Source of the DNA: Felis catus
Lineage: Eukaryota
NCBI RefSeq assembly: GCF_018350175.1
Contig: NC_058369.1
Coordinates: 23,996,001 to 24,060,000, forward strand
DNA: 64,000 bases
Direction: 5' to 3'
Shown: in pieces, positions 12,714 to 25,949 of the stretch
Numbering within the stretch: position 1 is the first letter of the stretch
Layout of the letters: every line of letters begins with the position of its first letter
Program-made: the position numbers and the translations under genes
The notes under the pieces: model-generated
Database searches by the model: none
What the model saw: the letters and a program-made list of their open reading frames with translations, nothing else
What the model was told of the DNA's origin: nothing

Positions 12714-13129
12714 AAAATGTTGGATTCTCATGATACAGCTTTGTGAACACTATTTTAGTGTATTCACTAACTCATACATGCAGACCTACCTCTTCCAATC
12801 TTGTGGAAGTCCCCAAAACAAATTCTCAAAACTACTTTCTCCATTTCCCTTATCCTATGTAGTTAGAATAAGGTTTTACAATTCTTACACTTGAACCCTA
12901 TAATGTTCTCCAAACTTAGAAAAAGTATTTTCCTCTCAAAGACAGACAGTTCTAAGTGAAATTAAGTCTTGGCAAAAGCCATGCAGATCATGAAGCACAT
13001 TTGTAATTACTAGCCCCATTTATAGACAATTTCTTTTCCTTTTCAGGTAACTTTGCTTCCAGGTGAGCACAGACTGCTCCCTCCTTCTTGCCTCAGCCAC
13101 CCCTTGGAAGAGAACCTACTTTTGCAACA

Positions 13130-13272
13130 TGTGCTGTGGCACTTGTACCACATTTACTTGTTAATGGATTCTTGTCTCCTGAACTGTGGAAACCAGGCCT
13201 GTATTCATCACAGTCTCCAATACCTGGCCCAGAGCCTAGCAGATACTAAACCCACAATAAGTGCTGGTTGAA
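13130..13272 (+). mobile_element. L2 LINE 3' end
   Basis: gtattcatcacagtctccaatacctggcccagagcctagcaga...caataagtgctggttgaat. Confidence 0.65.
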
Positions 13273-13274
13273 TA

Positions 13275-13352
13275 CGTATGTATGTATATATGTATGTATG
13301 TATATATGTATGTATTTATGAGAGAAAGAGAGAGAGAGCATGAATGGGGGAG

Positions 13353-13388
<36 letters not shown>

Positions 13389-13522
13389 TGAGCGAACAGA
13401 TCTTGGGATTCTTTATCAGTGCAGAGCCCCAACATGGGGCTTAAACTCACAAAACATGAGATCATGATCTGAGCGGAAATCAGGAGTCAGACACTTAACT
13501 GACTGAACCACCCAGGTGCCCC
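13275..13522 (-). mobile_element. Can-SINE with a (TATG)n-expanded tail
   Basis: gagatcatgatctgagcggaaatcaggagtcagacacttaactgactgaaccacccaggtgcccc. Confidence 0.93.
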
Positions 13523-14409
13523 AGAGTTGGCTGAATATTTACATAAGTGAATGAGATACCTTAGGGCTCTGGTCATGCTGTTATTTTGCTCATCAAACTT
13601 TGCCTTCCTAGACAATCACTGAATGAATCCCCACTTTTACTACCCACATATCTCCCTAGGATTCATCTATAGACTAACACCCAATAAAATCTAGAAACCT
13701 AAGAACAGAGGCATAGGGCCTCCCTTTCCCTGTCTCTTAAATGAGAGGAGTACTCCTCTGTTTGTAGCTGTATATGACTATGAACAACGGAATACACGCC
13801 AGCCAGGCCCATTTTTGGTGGGGCTTTTCTTCTTTTTGGCAACACATTGGGTTAGAATTGGCTGCCAAATTCTACAGCCCTTCAACTCTGTGCCAAACTG
13901 TCAATTTCAAGAATTACCCATTAGGACAATTTCTAGGAGATGGGTTTTAATCCAACTCAAGATAGCTTCTTAGAAGTTGTCAGCATACTACTGGTTCTTC
14001 CAATGGTCATAAAAGTAAGTCATAATCAAGTCTCACATGATCTATTTCTTTTTCTCCTTTTTTTTTTTTTTGACTGAATTAAGCTGAAATTCCTAAGATA
14101 GGGAATTCAGACCAGGGCACATATGTGACTATAGTATTCTCATAAATCAAATTATGCAAAAAACATGCAATTACTCACATTACCTGTTTTAAAAAAAGAC
14201 TTTTTTTTTCTCTCTCAAGACACAAGAACAATGTAAAATCTAGTTTTCTTGGCAGATTAAGTTGCCCATCCATCTCCAGCCATTGGTACTTGTTCAAACT
14301 AGTGTAATGGTTCTGCAAAGGCTGATCCTAAAGGTCCCCAAATTCATATTTAATCTAGAGATAAATGCAGCAATCAATCTTTCCCAGGGTCTAAGAGAGC
14401 TATTGTATT

Positions 14410-14470
14410 CTACTCGATGACGTAGCATGTGCAACTATTGTTATGGCTTTCTGCCCTAATGACTCAAAAT
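14410..14470. promoter_or_regulatory. Candidate bZIP enhancer/promoter (CRE-like and AP-1 sites)
   Basis: TGACGTA at 14418-14424 with its CpG retained, and TGACTCA at 14460-14466, in unique sequence. Confidence 0.3.
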
Positions 14471-14723
14471 GAACATTTTTAGACAATCTAAACTGGCAGA
14501 GGCATCCTCAACAGAGGGAACGTGCATTAGAGAGTGGGTTGTTACTTAAGGTTTTTTCCCAGAGGTTTAGGGAGTAGCTGTCACTGGAGCTATTACCTCA
14601 TGCAGATAGTGTATTAATACAAAACAGCGCAAAGACAGCTTTAAAGAGGAGGCAGCAGACTCGAGGAAAAGCCTGAGGAAATCTTGTCCATGTCTGCAGA
14701 GCGGCTATTCTTCACCTGTTCAG

Positions 14724-14825
14724 GTGAGTTTGGTTTTAGTGTATTTTGCTTAATAAAATGATTAAATGATCCCACCATCTCTTAGTTTTCATTAATCTCA
14801 GAAAAAACCTTTTTTTTTGTGACAG
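14724..14825 (+). other. Candidate 102-nt GT-AG intron of an antisense transcript
   Basis: Consensus donor CAG|GTGAGT and acceptor cc(t)n gtgacag|. Confidence 0.35.
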
Positions 14826-15744
14826 AATGAGTCTGAAGGTGGTATAGTGTGGTCCTTGGATGAGCTGGCTCCAGGCTGGACTCCAGATCTGGGGAGGAAT
14901 CTGCTAAGGGGCTCAGACCCGCCCCCTTGGAGGTGCCCAGGCTCTGTCTGCATCCCAGAGCAGAGGGAACTGAAGGAATCTACTTCTACTGCCCAGGTAG
15001 AAGAAAGTCCAGTCCACCCACAGCCATGCTAAATCCCAACAATTCACCAAGATCACTGCTGTCACCAGGGGCTGGCAACAGGAAATCTGGGGATGTGGAG
15101 CCTTATCCATGGGCATCTCCTACATTTAAGATTAGAACATGCCTCCTGGTTCTCTCCACAGGGAAGGAAAACAAAGACCCAAACAGAATAAAAGAGGAAT
15201 GGACTTGTGAGTGTTTAGGTGGATGATTTTAATTGAATCAAACAACAGTATGAGAGCTCTCCCTGTCTAGCCTTGGAAATGACCCAAGGAGGTCAGGCAA
15301 GGTTGGTATTTCAAGTGGATGTGGAGAAAACCAGACTACAGCTTGTCCCAGGAACAATAAGGGGGATAAGAGATGAGTGGAGCCTGGGAGAGAGGCTGAG
15401 ATTCCACAAAAGAAGGTACTTAGAAGGCAGTGTTCACCATCCAGCCCCACCCCTTATGTCTGGCACAGCTCGGGAGGAGTTGATGACCCTCTTGGAGATC
15501 CCAGGCATGCCAGGATTTGGTTATGTAAAGAACTCTAGGACTATAACCCAGAACTCACCTTCTCTGAAAGTCCAACATCTAGGGAGAGGAAGGGCTGTCC
15601 AAAAGCACTCTACATTTCTCCTTTGCCATCACACCTCCACTTCCTGGAACAGACCTGAGGGTGGGTCATCTGCCTAATCCTCCACATCATAGCCCAGGTC
15701 ACTTCCCCCTCTTATCGTGTTTGTCCTGTCACCTATCTTTCCCA

Positions 15745-15945
15745 GGACATTCAGGCAGCAAATATTTATTTGTTGTGTGCCAGGCCCTGGACTGGGCATC
15801 AAGGATAAAATGGTGAGCAAAACTAGGCAAGAGTCCTGCTGTATTCATGGAGTTATGACTTAATGCGTGGAGGGGGTCAATAATAAGTGAGGAAGTACTA
15901 ATTAAACAGTCATACAGATAAAATGTAAACTTTGGAGCTCTACTG
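15745..15945 (-). mobile_element. L2 LINE 3' end
   Basis: caaatatttatttgttgtgtgccaggccctggactgggc...cctgctgtattcatggagtt. Confidence 0.75.
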
Positions 15946-16694
15946 GCATAATCAATTAGCATGCAGCACTATAAAATGTAAATTGTTCAAGGGCTTCAGA
16001 TTTTTTGCCAGGGGTGCCAACTTCCAAGTCACTAGCACCTTCTTCTATTGCTAACATATCTGCCAACTCCAAAGTGGCTGGTTCCAGGGGCTGTCAAAGA
16101 CTCCAGAGACTTTAGTCAGGCAGCCTATTCAATTTTCACTGCCTGTCCTGACTGTGGGCTCTTTGCCTTCAGACACATGTGTGAGGGAAGTAAAACAGAA
16201 AACTCCCTGTGTGACAGATGCCCAGCACTACTCAAAGTCACTTCTTGCCTCTCAGGCCCAGATTCACTCATGATGCTTTAAATTGCAAGAGACAAGGTGG
16301 TCCTTCATGTGTTAGACCTCTAAGGGGACTGCCTAATCAGGTATGCCCAGATACATGAAGACTCAGCTTAAACCAGGAATGGCAAATAGGAATGGTAAAT
16401 AGACCTGCTCTGATCTATGGGTGATTCCCCCAGGAACACTAAATTGAAGAGGGTTTTGAGGCTGAGCAAGAAATGATTGTCTTGAGTGATTACTGATGTC
16501 TGTGACAGACATAAAAATGAAATGTCCTCCCTATGACAACCAGGCTATGAACACCTCTAATATTCATTTGACAAATATTTGAATGTCTGCTAAATACCCA
16601 CTGTAGAACGATGGGAAGAAGGCTAATTCACAAATCGGAACACCAATTCTGGAACAAAGCGTCATCCAGTACCCCTAAGCCAGACTGTTGATGC

Positions 16695-17575
16695 TATTCA
16701 TATATTCATTCATTCATTCATTTATTCATTCAACAATTCATTAATAATAACCAACTCTGTAATAGGACACAAGGGTGAACTTGAAGGACTAGGTTCTGCT
16801 GTCCTGAAATTCAAAGTCTACAGTAGAGAAGAACAATAAATAAGTAAACACATAAATATAATTTCAGATAAAGACAACCTAAAAAAGTAAAGTGATAGTT
16901 ACAGGGAAGGGGGTGGTCTTTAGTCAGGCTCTCCTTTGTGAAGAAGACATGTGAATTGAAAAATTGAGGAACTGAAGAATGAGGAGATGGGATCACCCAT
17001 GGGCAGATTGGAGGAAAGAGCGTATGCAGCAGAGGGTAGGTACAATAAGTGTAAAAGCTACAAGGCAGGAATGAGCTTAGAAAAATCAAATCAGTGAGGC
17101 TGGAACTTAGAAGTGAGAGGGAGATGGATACCAGATGGATTTGGGGAAGTAGGCAGTGGGCAGAGACAGGCTGCACATTCTAGTGAGGGGTTTGGACTTC
17201 ATTTTTTTTTTTTTAACATTTATTTATGTTTGAGAGAGAGAGAAAGCACAAGTAGGGGAGGGGCAGAGGCGGGAGGGTGGGTGGGGAGCGGTGGCAGTCA
17301 GAGGATCCAAAGCAGGCTCCAGAGCAGACAACAGAGTCATATTTGGGCCTAAATTCGAGAACCCTGACATAATGACCTGAGCCAAAGCTGGGTTCTCAAC
17401 TGACTGAGCCACTCAGGTGGCCCAACTTACTGTATTTTTATGTGTTAACACTAATTACGGAAATGCAGTGATATGCATATGAAGATGCAGTGCAGGAAAC
17501 AGACATGACCTAACGTGTGCCCTAAGACCACCCTTGTGGCTGCTGTGTAGATGGATTGCAGGGTTGGAGTCAAAG
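16695..17575 (-). mobile_element. L2 LINE, interrupted by a SINE
   Basis: (cattc)n tail, tcaggctctcctttgtgaagaagacatgtgaattga..., ctgtgtagatggattgcaggg. Confidence 0.75.
17202..17423 (-). mobile_element. Can-SINE
   Basis: tttaacatttatttatgtttgagagag...atgacctgagccaaag...caactgactgagccactcaggtggccc. Confidence 0.93.
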
Positions 17576-17744
17576 CTGGACCATGGTTTCCTCATCTTTA
17601 AAATGGAGGTGTGGGATGTCATGGTGTCCAAGGTCCCTTTGGCTCTGAAACACTAACATCTGTGATGCACTGGGCTGAGCTCCAGGGCCACAGTGAGCCT
17701 GTCTGCCTTGTTCACTGTTATCCTCCTTGGAACTCTGACCAGGG

Positions 17745-17745
<1 letters not shown>

Positions 17746-17787
<42 letters not shown>
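17746..17787. repeat. (CA)n microsatellite
   Basis: About 21 perfect CA units. Confidence 0.95.
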
Positions 17788-17789
<2 letters not shown>

Positions 17790-18198
17790 AGATCAGTAAA
17801 TATATCCTGAATGAATATCTGCTTTTCACACACATAAGACCTGTCCTTTTGCCATTTAAGACCTTGGAGGTTATCATCATTACTGACAAGATCAAGTCAT
17901 TCAGCATTTATTCAGGGATACGTTGGGGGCTGAGTCAGCCCAGCCTGGGTAGGAGCTCTGGGACACATGAGGCTATTCTCTAGTAGTTTACAGGCAGGGC
18001 CCCTTTTCCTTCTCTGCTGATCCTATTCCCAAGCACATCTTAGGGGCAAAACCACAGAGTCTCTGGTGTGGGCAGAGGGTGGAGTACATACAAGGGAGCA
18101 AAAGGAACAAAGGTCCACAGGTGGAATTACAGGGTATTGTTAGACAATGTTGTATAGTCCAGCCTTCAACTCTCAGAGGATAAAAAATTACAAATATA

Positions 18199-18278
18199 TT
18201 TGGTTGGATAATATAAAATTATCACTTTTCATATTGAAAAACAGTTGAATATCAGCAATTTCATTCAGTTCAACCTAA
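18199..18278. mobile_element. MADE2 mariner MITE
   Basis: 80-bp degenerate palindrome tttggttggataatataaaatt...gcaatttcattcagttcaacctaa flanked by TA. Confidence 0.7.
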
Positions 18279-18479
18279 TATATAGAAGCCAAATTATGGA
18301 AGGCTTGAGTGCCATGTTTAGGGATTGGGTATTCATCCCACAAGCCACAAGGAGTTATACTTGTTTCTAAGGAAATATATATACATTTGCATCTGGATTT
18401 TAGAAGGTAACTGGCAACAGTTGAACAAAGCCCTGGAAAGGCAAGTGAATGGAAGGATGAGGATCAGGCAGAAGGTTCT

Positions 18480-18870
18480 TGTGGTAGATTATTTTGCCAT
18501 TCCCCATTCTTTGCTCCCTACTTCCCTGTAAGAGCAGCCAACATCCCTTCCCACTGCCTGGTGATCTACAGGGTCTTCCTGTAGAAAGAATGTACTCTCT
18601 TCCTCACCATTGTCAGGGGTCCATTTGGCCAAAAGATGCAAAAGAAAGTGAGACATGCCAGTTCTAAGCAAAAACACCAAGACCATTGTGTACTTCCCCT
18701 TTGCCATGAGAATGTTATGTCCTGAAAAGCGGCTGCTACTTCATCCTGGATCTTCAAGTGACAATGACATGAAGAGATCAGGCCCCACTGGCTCACAACT
18801 AGTTTATAACCACGGAGCCGTGAGGCTCATTTGTTATATAGCAATACTGATATAGTTTGCAACTGATATA
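18480..18870 (+). mobile_element. MLT1 (H/I/J-like) solo LTR
   Basis: tgtggtagatt...ctttgccatgagaa...gctgctacttcatcctgg...tttgttatatagcaa...ctgatataca. Confidence 0.7.
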
Positions 18871-18902
18871 CAGCTTAGAAACTGGCACCCTTCAAGTCAC
18901 TT

Positions 18903-18922
18903 TTTTAAACGTTTATTTATTT

Positions 18923-18963
<41 letters not shown>

Positions 18964-19142
18964 CGCGCACACACGCAAAGTGGGGGAGGGGCAGAGAGAG
19001 AGAGGGAGACACAGAATGTGAAGCAGGATCCAGGCTCTGAACTGTCAGCACAGAACCTGATGAGGGACTCAAATCCAAGAGCCAGGAGATCATGGCCTGA
19101 GCCAAAGTCGGGAGCTTAACTGACTGAGCCAACCATGCACCC
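18903..19142 (-). mobile_element. Can-SINE (SINEC_Fc2-like)
   Basis: Typical body; TSD aagtcactt / aagccactt. Confidence 0.95.
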
Positions 19143-19529
19143 TAAGCCACTTCTGACCCACAAAAACATTTTGTTTGACTTTCATGGAATTAAAAAAAAG
19201 TTTTTTATATTAGTTGCCTTTATATAAATATCCCAAAGTGGGGCCTTCTTTAAGAACAGGTGGAATTAGTAATCCTGAGATTGTATTCCTACATGACAGA
19301 AATCATGCGGAAATGAGCCCCTTCCAAGGGGCAGGTGCTCTCTAGTCCTATTTCCTAGTGTCTCTCTGGTTCTGAATCTCCTAGTTCATTGCCAGTTATC
19401 ACGACTGATAAACTGTTGTTTTTCTTATAACCAGCCCAATATGGATTACTAAGATTACAAATTGTCTTGATTACTTGCCTTAAAGATAAAATGAAGAATG
19501 ACATCTGCAACACTCAACCTGCTACGTAC

Positions 19530-19675
19530 CTTCCATTCATTATCCTCATCAAGTTTTTGTGTCAACCCTACTATGACTGCACAGATGAGGAAACTGAGGT
19601 TTGGAAGGCTAATAGCTGCTCAGAGCTAGACAACTAGTAAAAAGTGAGGCTACGACTTAAACTCAGGTCTATCTG
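19530..19675 (-). mobile_element. MIR SINE
   Basis: acagatgaggaaactgaggtttgg...acttaaactcaggtctatctga. Confidence 0.75.
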
Positions 19676-19692
19676 AAGAAGAAAAAAATTAG

Positions 19693-19693
<1 letters not shown>

Positions 19694-19731
<38 letters not shown>
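19694..19731. repeat. (CA)n microsatellite
   Basis: Perfect AC run. Confidence 0.95.
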
Positions 19732-19732
<1 letters not shown>

Positions 19733-20744
19733 AAAACAGAACATTACATGGTTCTTTCTAGAGTCTGGTATTTTTCTCCTCTTACCAACCTTTCTTACAA
19801 TTTATATATGGCTTTGTGTCCTCAATAATTTCACCTGCTGTGATACCATTATCTTAAGCTTTCCCATTGCATGGAGTGGCTGAAGAAATGGCTTCCCTCT
19901 GGGGTGGTTAGGAGCAAATTCTAAGCAATAGATGAACTGAGATGATTTACTTATCAGCTCCTGCCACAGAGCCACATTTTAGATGCCACTCTGCTAGTGT
20001 TGCTGAACACCAGACCTTTCTCTCCAGGCCTCTGTCCTCACCCCCATCTGGATGTTGAGGCACAGACCCTCCTAGGTTAGCTGTTGATACAGGTGCAGAG
20101 AATATGCCACCTAATTAAATTCGGCTTCCAGTTAAACACTGTTCTCTCTCAGGACCCTATAGAGGCAGTGATGTCTCTCATTCCCATTGAGCTGAGCTGA
20201 GATTGTTAACCTGCACATGTGATGAGACTGTGCCCTCTGCAATTCCCGCTCTGTCCCACCACATGCCTTCAGAGGCAGGTTCTCCACTTGCTCTTGGAAT
20301 CCGCCTTTGAGTAGACCACCCCATATATCAGTAGTTACTGGTTTTCTCAGAAGTCCTAACCAAGCCTAGTCTTTTGCTCTTACCTACTGGTGAGCCTCAC
20401 AAATAACCACTCCCTTTGCAGGAGGTGAAATCCATCAGCAACCCAAGAACAACTCAGAAAGGCTGTGGGCTCCAAGGCCTCACATCTGTGGGCTTCTCCA
20501 CCTGTCACAGAGGTTGTTGTGTGAAGTAGATGGGAAAACGCATGCTCAAAGATTAGAATGGTGCTCACAGTAAGTGCTCAATACCTATTCTTAGAATTAT
20601 CATTTATTTTTATTACTGGAAAGGCTATTTAAAGCTATTTTCTTCCCTCTTCCTCCCCTACACATTTTCACTTATCAGAACTGAGCCCATCATACTGGAA
20701 TTGTAAAACCTGCTGGGATGGAGAAAGTCCCTCGAGTTTTAATA

Positions 20745-21670
20745 CAGCCATCCTCATTTCAGTTCAGCAACTCCATTCTTCCCGCCGCTCAGACCCAAAA
20801 CCTCAGTGTCAACTTTAACCCCCCGCACTCTCATGCCTTACATCTGATCCTTCAGCATTTCTGCTTGGCTCTCCCTTCAAAACAGATACAGAAGTGGACC
20901 ACCACACAACCACCTACTGCCACCACCTGATCTGGCTCTCCATCATCTCTTGCCTGGATCACTGTGGTGGCCTCCTAGTTGGTCCTTCTGTTTTTGCTCT
21001 TGCCCCTGCAGTCTGCTCAACAGAGAAATCCTGTTGAAATGTCACATTGGAGCAAGTCATTCCTCTGCTCAAAAAACTTCCCCAAAGCCTCCCCATTTTA
21101 CTGAGTCAATCCAAAGGCATTCTAATGGCACCAGCCCTACATGACCTGGTTCCTAATTACTTTTCTAACAACATTTCTACTCATCTTTCCCCCACATACT
21201 TGATTCCTACCACACAGGCCTTTGAACTTGTATTCCTTCTGCCCAGAATGTTGTCCCCAGATACCCATTTGGCTGGCTCCCTTACCCCCTTCAACTTTTG
21301 TTCAATCTCACCTTCTCTGTGAGGGATTTCCTTAATGAAAAATCCCTAACCTCAACATTTCCTATTCCCTTTCTTACTTTAATTGTTTTCTCCTTGGTAC
21401 TCATCACCATCAAAATACTGTATGCTAAACTGAACCTTATGGAATTGCCAATTTTTAAACTTTTTGACCTAAGAAATGGCAATGTCATGTGGACCCATCT
21501 AATATTTATCATACTTATCATGTTGATTGTTTTTTGTCCTTCTCTAGAACACCAGCTCCACAAGAACAGAGATGTTGGTTTTGTTTACTGCATTCCCAGC
21601 ATCTAGAACAGTGTTTGGCACAAAATAGTGTTAGGTCCCCAGTCAATAGTCATTCATTGAATAATGAATG
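20745..21670 (+). mobile_element. L2 LINE 3' region
   Basis: ccattcttccc...gctcagacccaaaacct...tcattcctctgctcaaaa...tctagaacagtgtttggcaca...ttgaataatgaatg. Confidence 0.85.
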
Positions 21671-24139
21671 TGGCTCAGTGCTTCAGTTTCAGTTAAAAAT
21701 GAAAAACAAACAAACAAACCCCAAAACCAAAACAAACAAACAAACAAAAAACAACTGCTGACAGGTGTCCCTGGGAAAGGCAATTTTGGTTAAAGTATTC
21801 TGGGCTTTTTGAAAATGCAGTGGGAAAAGCTTTAAGTGTATTTTCCGGTTCACTAAACACCCGGGATATATTGAAAGGAACAGAGATTACAGAGGGAAAA
21901 GAGGCTGCCTCTGTATATATACTTATCCAATTTGAGATTCTTGTCATTTTATTCTCCTATCCCCCAAATTTGGGCTGCTACCCCTGCCTGATGCCCAAAG
22001 GATTCTAACCAGAAGCCCCATAATCATAATCTTTTTAAAAAAACATCCTTCTGGTTGCCCTGCTTAAGTTCAAAGCAGTAATTAACCCCACAGCCTTTTG
22101 AGACATGGGACATCCTCATGTAACACACTTTTAATATGATACATTTAATCTCGAACCAGGCTGGATGAAAGATGTCCTTACTTTAGGGAAAGAGGAGACA
22201 ATGGGGCATAACCGCAACCCCAGTGTTCCAGTAGTCCAAGAACCACCTAAGCAGAGTTGGGAAGAAAGCCCATGGGATCTCATGCAGGGAGGCATTATGT
22301 CAACATTGGTTCTTCCAGCAAGTTAAGATGAATTCCACAGCCCAAGCTCAGAGCTGAATATGCATTTAGACACCGGGTAAGTGAATTCCCTGAGCTGCGG
22401 CCTGGAGCAGGATGACAAGACACTTAGGGACTCCCTGACTCCGTGGTCTGTTGCTAATTTTATGCGGCTGCGGTATCCCCTTTCCTGGGCTCTCCTGTTC
22501 CCAGGTTTGGTTCTCCATGTCTCACTCCCTAGATCCTCTGATGGTTTCCTCCAGGTGGGCTTCAAAGGTGGTGACATAGCTCCTCATTCTGCAGGTCTGG
22601 CTTTCCAAGACCAGGCCTTTGGAGGTCTCCCCCAGACCCTCTGCCTTGAGCCCAGGTGGCTGTCACCAGGTAGACAGCATAGTCTGACCCAGCCAGGGGG
22701 AACATAATACATTTTTCCAGTCAATTTACTTTATTTTCCATTTAAGAAAGACCTTCATCAAAATAGCCATTAATATTAACTAATTACTAATATTTGTTTT
22801 AACATGGTTAAGAGAATGGCATGTTTTACAAGTTTTAGAGACATAAAACCCAAGCCCAATTTGGTTCTTGCCTCATTAAATTTTAAATTGTCATAGGTCA
22901 CTGCTTCCACCAACACTAATTCTAATTCCCTGGTCTAACTAGAGAACAAATATGAATTCAGTGGACATTTTAGGAGAGTCAGCACGCTGTGGGGGTCTTT
23001 ACAAAGTTGAGGCAGAAGTCTTACATGCCTTGAAAATCCCCAGATAGTTCCTCCTGGCTTGAGCCTCATTATTCAGCTTTCAATCTACAAAACTGCAAGG
23101 GAAAGACCTTTTCTGTCCTTAGTTTACTATTTTTTCCTTCCTCCCTCCTTCCCCTCCTCCCTCCCTTCCTTTCAATGATGATAAGATGGTAAGAGAGAAT
23201 GAGAGAGAAGATAATATAAATAAGTGGGAAAGCATGAGACAGATAGAAGATGAGAATGCCCTCCCCAAGCTCGACCAGAAAAATCTGATCAGAAAAATAC
23301 TTTCCCCTCCTGACCTTCCAATATTCAGAGTAGCACACAATTAGTTATGAGCCCAAACCAACTTTTCTCTGCCAATCTCTGCTAGTTTCCAGATAATTTG
23401 CTTTGTTCTGTGTAAGGTAGGAGCAACCCCAGTTGGATCCTAATTTGCATAAATCCACCTGCCTTTCAATTTTAAAAGAAAGAAAGACACTAGAAAGGAA
23501 ACAAGGATTAGGATGGCAGGCTGGTCCCCAGAGTGGCCTTGCTGAGGTAGGACCAAGTCTTGTTCTACCCTGAGACTGTGCAAGAGGGTTCCCTGGCCTG
23601 GGCCCCTGCTCCGAGGGCCTGTATATCAAAACACCCATATATAATTTTTTTTTCTTTCCTGGCTCTTAAGAAAGTTGTTGCTGATAGTTTACTAACTGAC
23701 CAAGTGAACTGGAATTACCAAAAAAGGACACACAAGCCAAGCTGGGTTGCCATTTGTCCTCTTGTCCTAGGCCCTGGAAATGTCAGAAGCAGGCCTGTTT
23801 CACTCCACGGAGAGAGGATAAGAGTGGAAATTGAGGAGAGGTTATCATCCAGAAGTCTAAGGTATAATTCTTCAGGCACAAAATGTAACTGAAGGTGGAG
23901 ACAGAAGGCAGATGGCTCCTCAGAGATGGAGCAAGGAACGGGCCGAGTGGATCTGCTAGGACTAAAGAGGCAATCTGATGGAACAAGGCTTCACTAGGAA
24001 CATCAACTGAGGATTCTTGAAACCAGAGGCACCTAAGAGCAGAGGGAGAAGTCCTACACAAAGATATGGCATGAGTCTCTGATGTGCATTCTTGACGGAC
24101 AAAAGGAGCCAGTTGCTGTGGGCCAGCTAGATATGGGTT

Positions 24140-24335
24140 TGAGTACTGGCTCCAGAGCATTCTAGAGATTATAACCTGGAGCTGGTGACCTCAGACATTT
24201 GACCCTGACCTCTCTACGCCTTGAGTTCCTGGTTGTAAGCCTATCCCACAGAGTTGGTGGGAGAAGAAAATGAGAACGCACATGCAGGGAAATAGCACGG
24301 TACTTGACATGTAGCAAATATACACAAATATTAGG
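24140..24335 (+). mobile_element. MIR SINE
   Basis: acctctctacgccttgagttcct...cctatcccacagagttgg...aaatgaga...tgacatgtagcaaat. Confidence 0.6.
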
Positions 24336-25949
24336 CTTAGCACTACGGTTAGAATTAGCATTAGTACTAGGTTTAGTATTGGTATTGATAGTAGTTTTTC
24401 TGCTTAATGGGACTCCATTTGGCTACTGGGTCCTAAAGAAACACTGTGGACATCTCTAACTCCTCAGTCCCATCTTTTCCAGAACTCTCTTGCAAAGACT
24501 TACTTCTTGCTTAAAGGATCCAGTGTCTCCCTCCTCTTTTACCCAAGGATGTTTAAAAACACATTAAAAATTAATTTTAATTTTCAAATTAATTAATCTG
24601 CCTGGCCCTTCCAGGCAGAAGCACTTGGCACCTTATGGTTCACACTCAGTAACATATTCCAGTGCCAGGGACATGGGGCTTCAGTGAGGCATCTGAAGGC
24701 TCATACATCGCTAGGTTCCGGGGCAAGGCCCTGTTGGCAAGCAAAACTGGACCCACCTACAGCAGGAAATAGCTGCAGCTGTGTTACAGTGAAAATAACA
24801 TTTCCCATGGTGTTCTACAGACATGGCTGAAGATGGGTGTCCTTAACCCACACCCAAGGACACACTCTCCAGGCTATCTCTGGATGCAAGTCCAGCAACA
24901 AAAGCAAGCATACTGACACCCCCCAGAATGGCAGAAGGGGAAGTGAGGCTTGGTGTCTAATTTGAACTTATTTATGGTAGACCTCCAGCTCCACTGGAAA
25001 TGTTGCTTATTACCCAGAAAGCCATATTTGTGCAAGTTAATTTACAACTTGAAGACATAATGTTATGGAGTAATCTAGACTTTGATTTATGGTAAATTTC
25101 CTACTGGCATGAATTTTTATACACCGGGCTTTAGCTGATCCCCCTAACCGACAAATAATGCTCAGCAATTATACACTATCAGGCAAACATGTTGTAACAT
25201 ACACTTTTACCCTTAATCCTGTATATAAATTTTACTTTTTACACTTGTGTGGTTCTCTTCCACATGTGAATTTCAGAATACTGTGCCTATTTAGTGTACT
25301 GTTTATCATGGTGAAATCTGACATAATTGACTATTTCCTATATGAGGCAATTTTTAAAAAATCAGCTTTGTGCGGTTTCTTTATTTATGTTTTTTTTTAA
25401 AGAAACAAAAACTTTCAGTGCATAGGAAATTTCCTTGATGATGTTTCACATCTGATTAGGTAAGATTATTAATGTTTACTGATGGTCAATATGATCACTT
25501 TTCAATGTAATAAATCCAAATACCCATGGGAAAAAATACATATTTAAAACTTTTCAAGGAGGGATTTTGTTACACTAGAATGAATCTATGTGTGTATATG
25601 CATATGCTTATGCATAATGAAATAAATATGTGTGAACATGTATGTATGTACATATACGTAAGATTAGGCAAGTGCAGGTGTTCCTTAAATCCCAAGAGGG
25701 CTACTGATGGTAATAACTGTGAAGAAAATCAAGTCCTTGGGAAACAGTGTTTGGGTAAGTCCTTAGACTCCACTTGGGCATGTTTACTCCCCATTCAGAG
25801 TGGTGCAGTGAGGAAAAGGAAAAAAAGAGGATGAAGAGAAGGTTGAGGAGGGAATATTTGTGGAGTGCCTACTGTGTTTCATGTACCTTGTTGAGTATTA
25901 TGCCCACTTATTTTCTCAACTTTATTTTCAAAATATTGGCATTCAAAAC

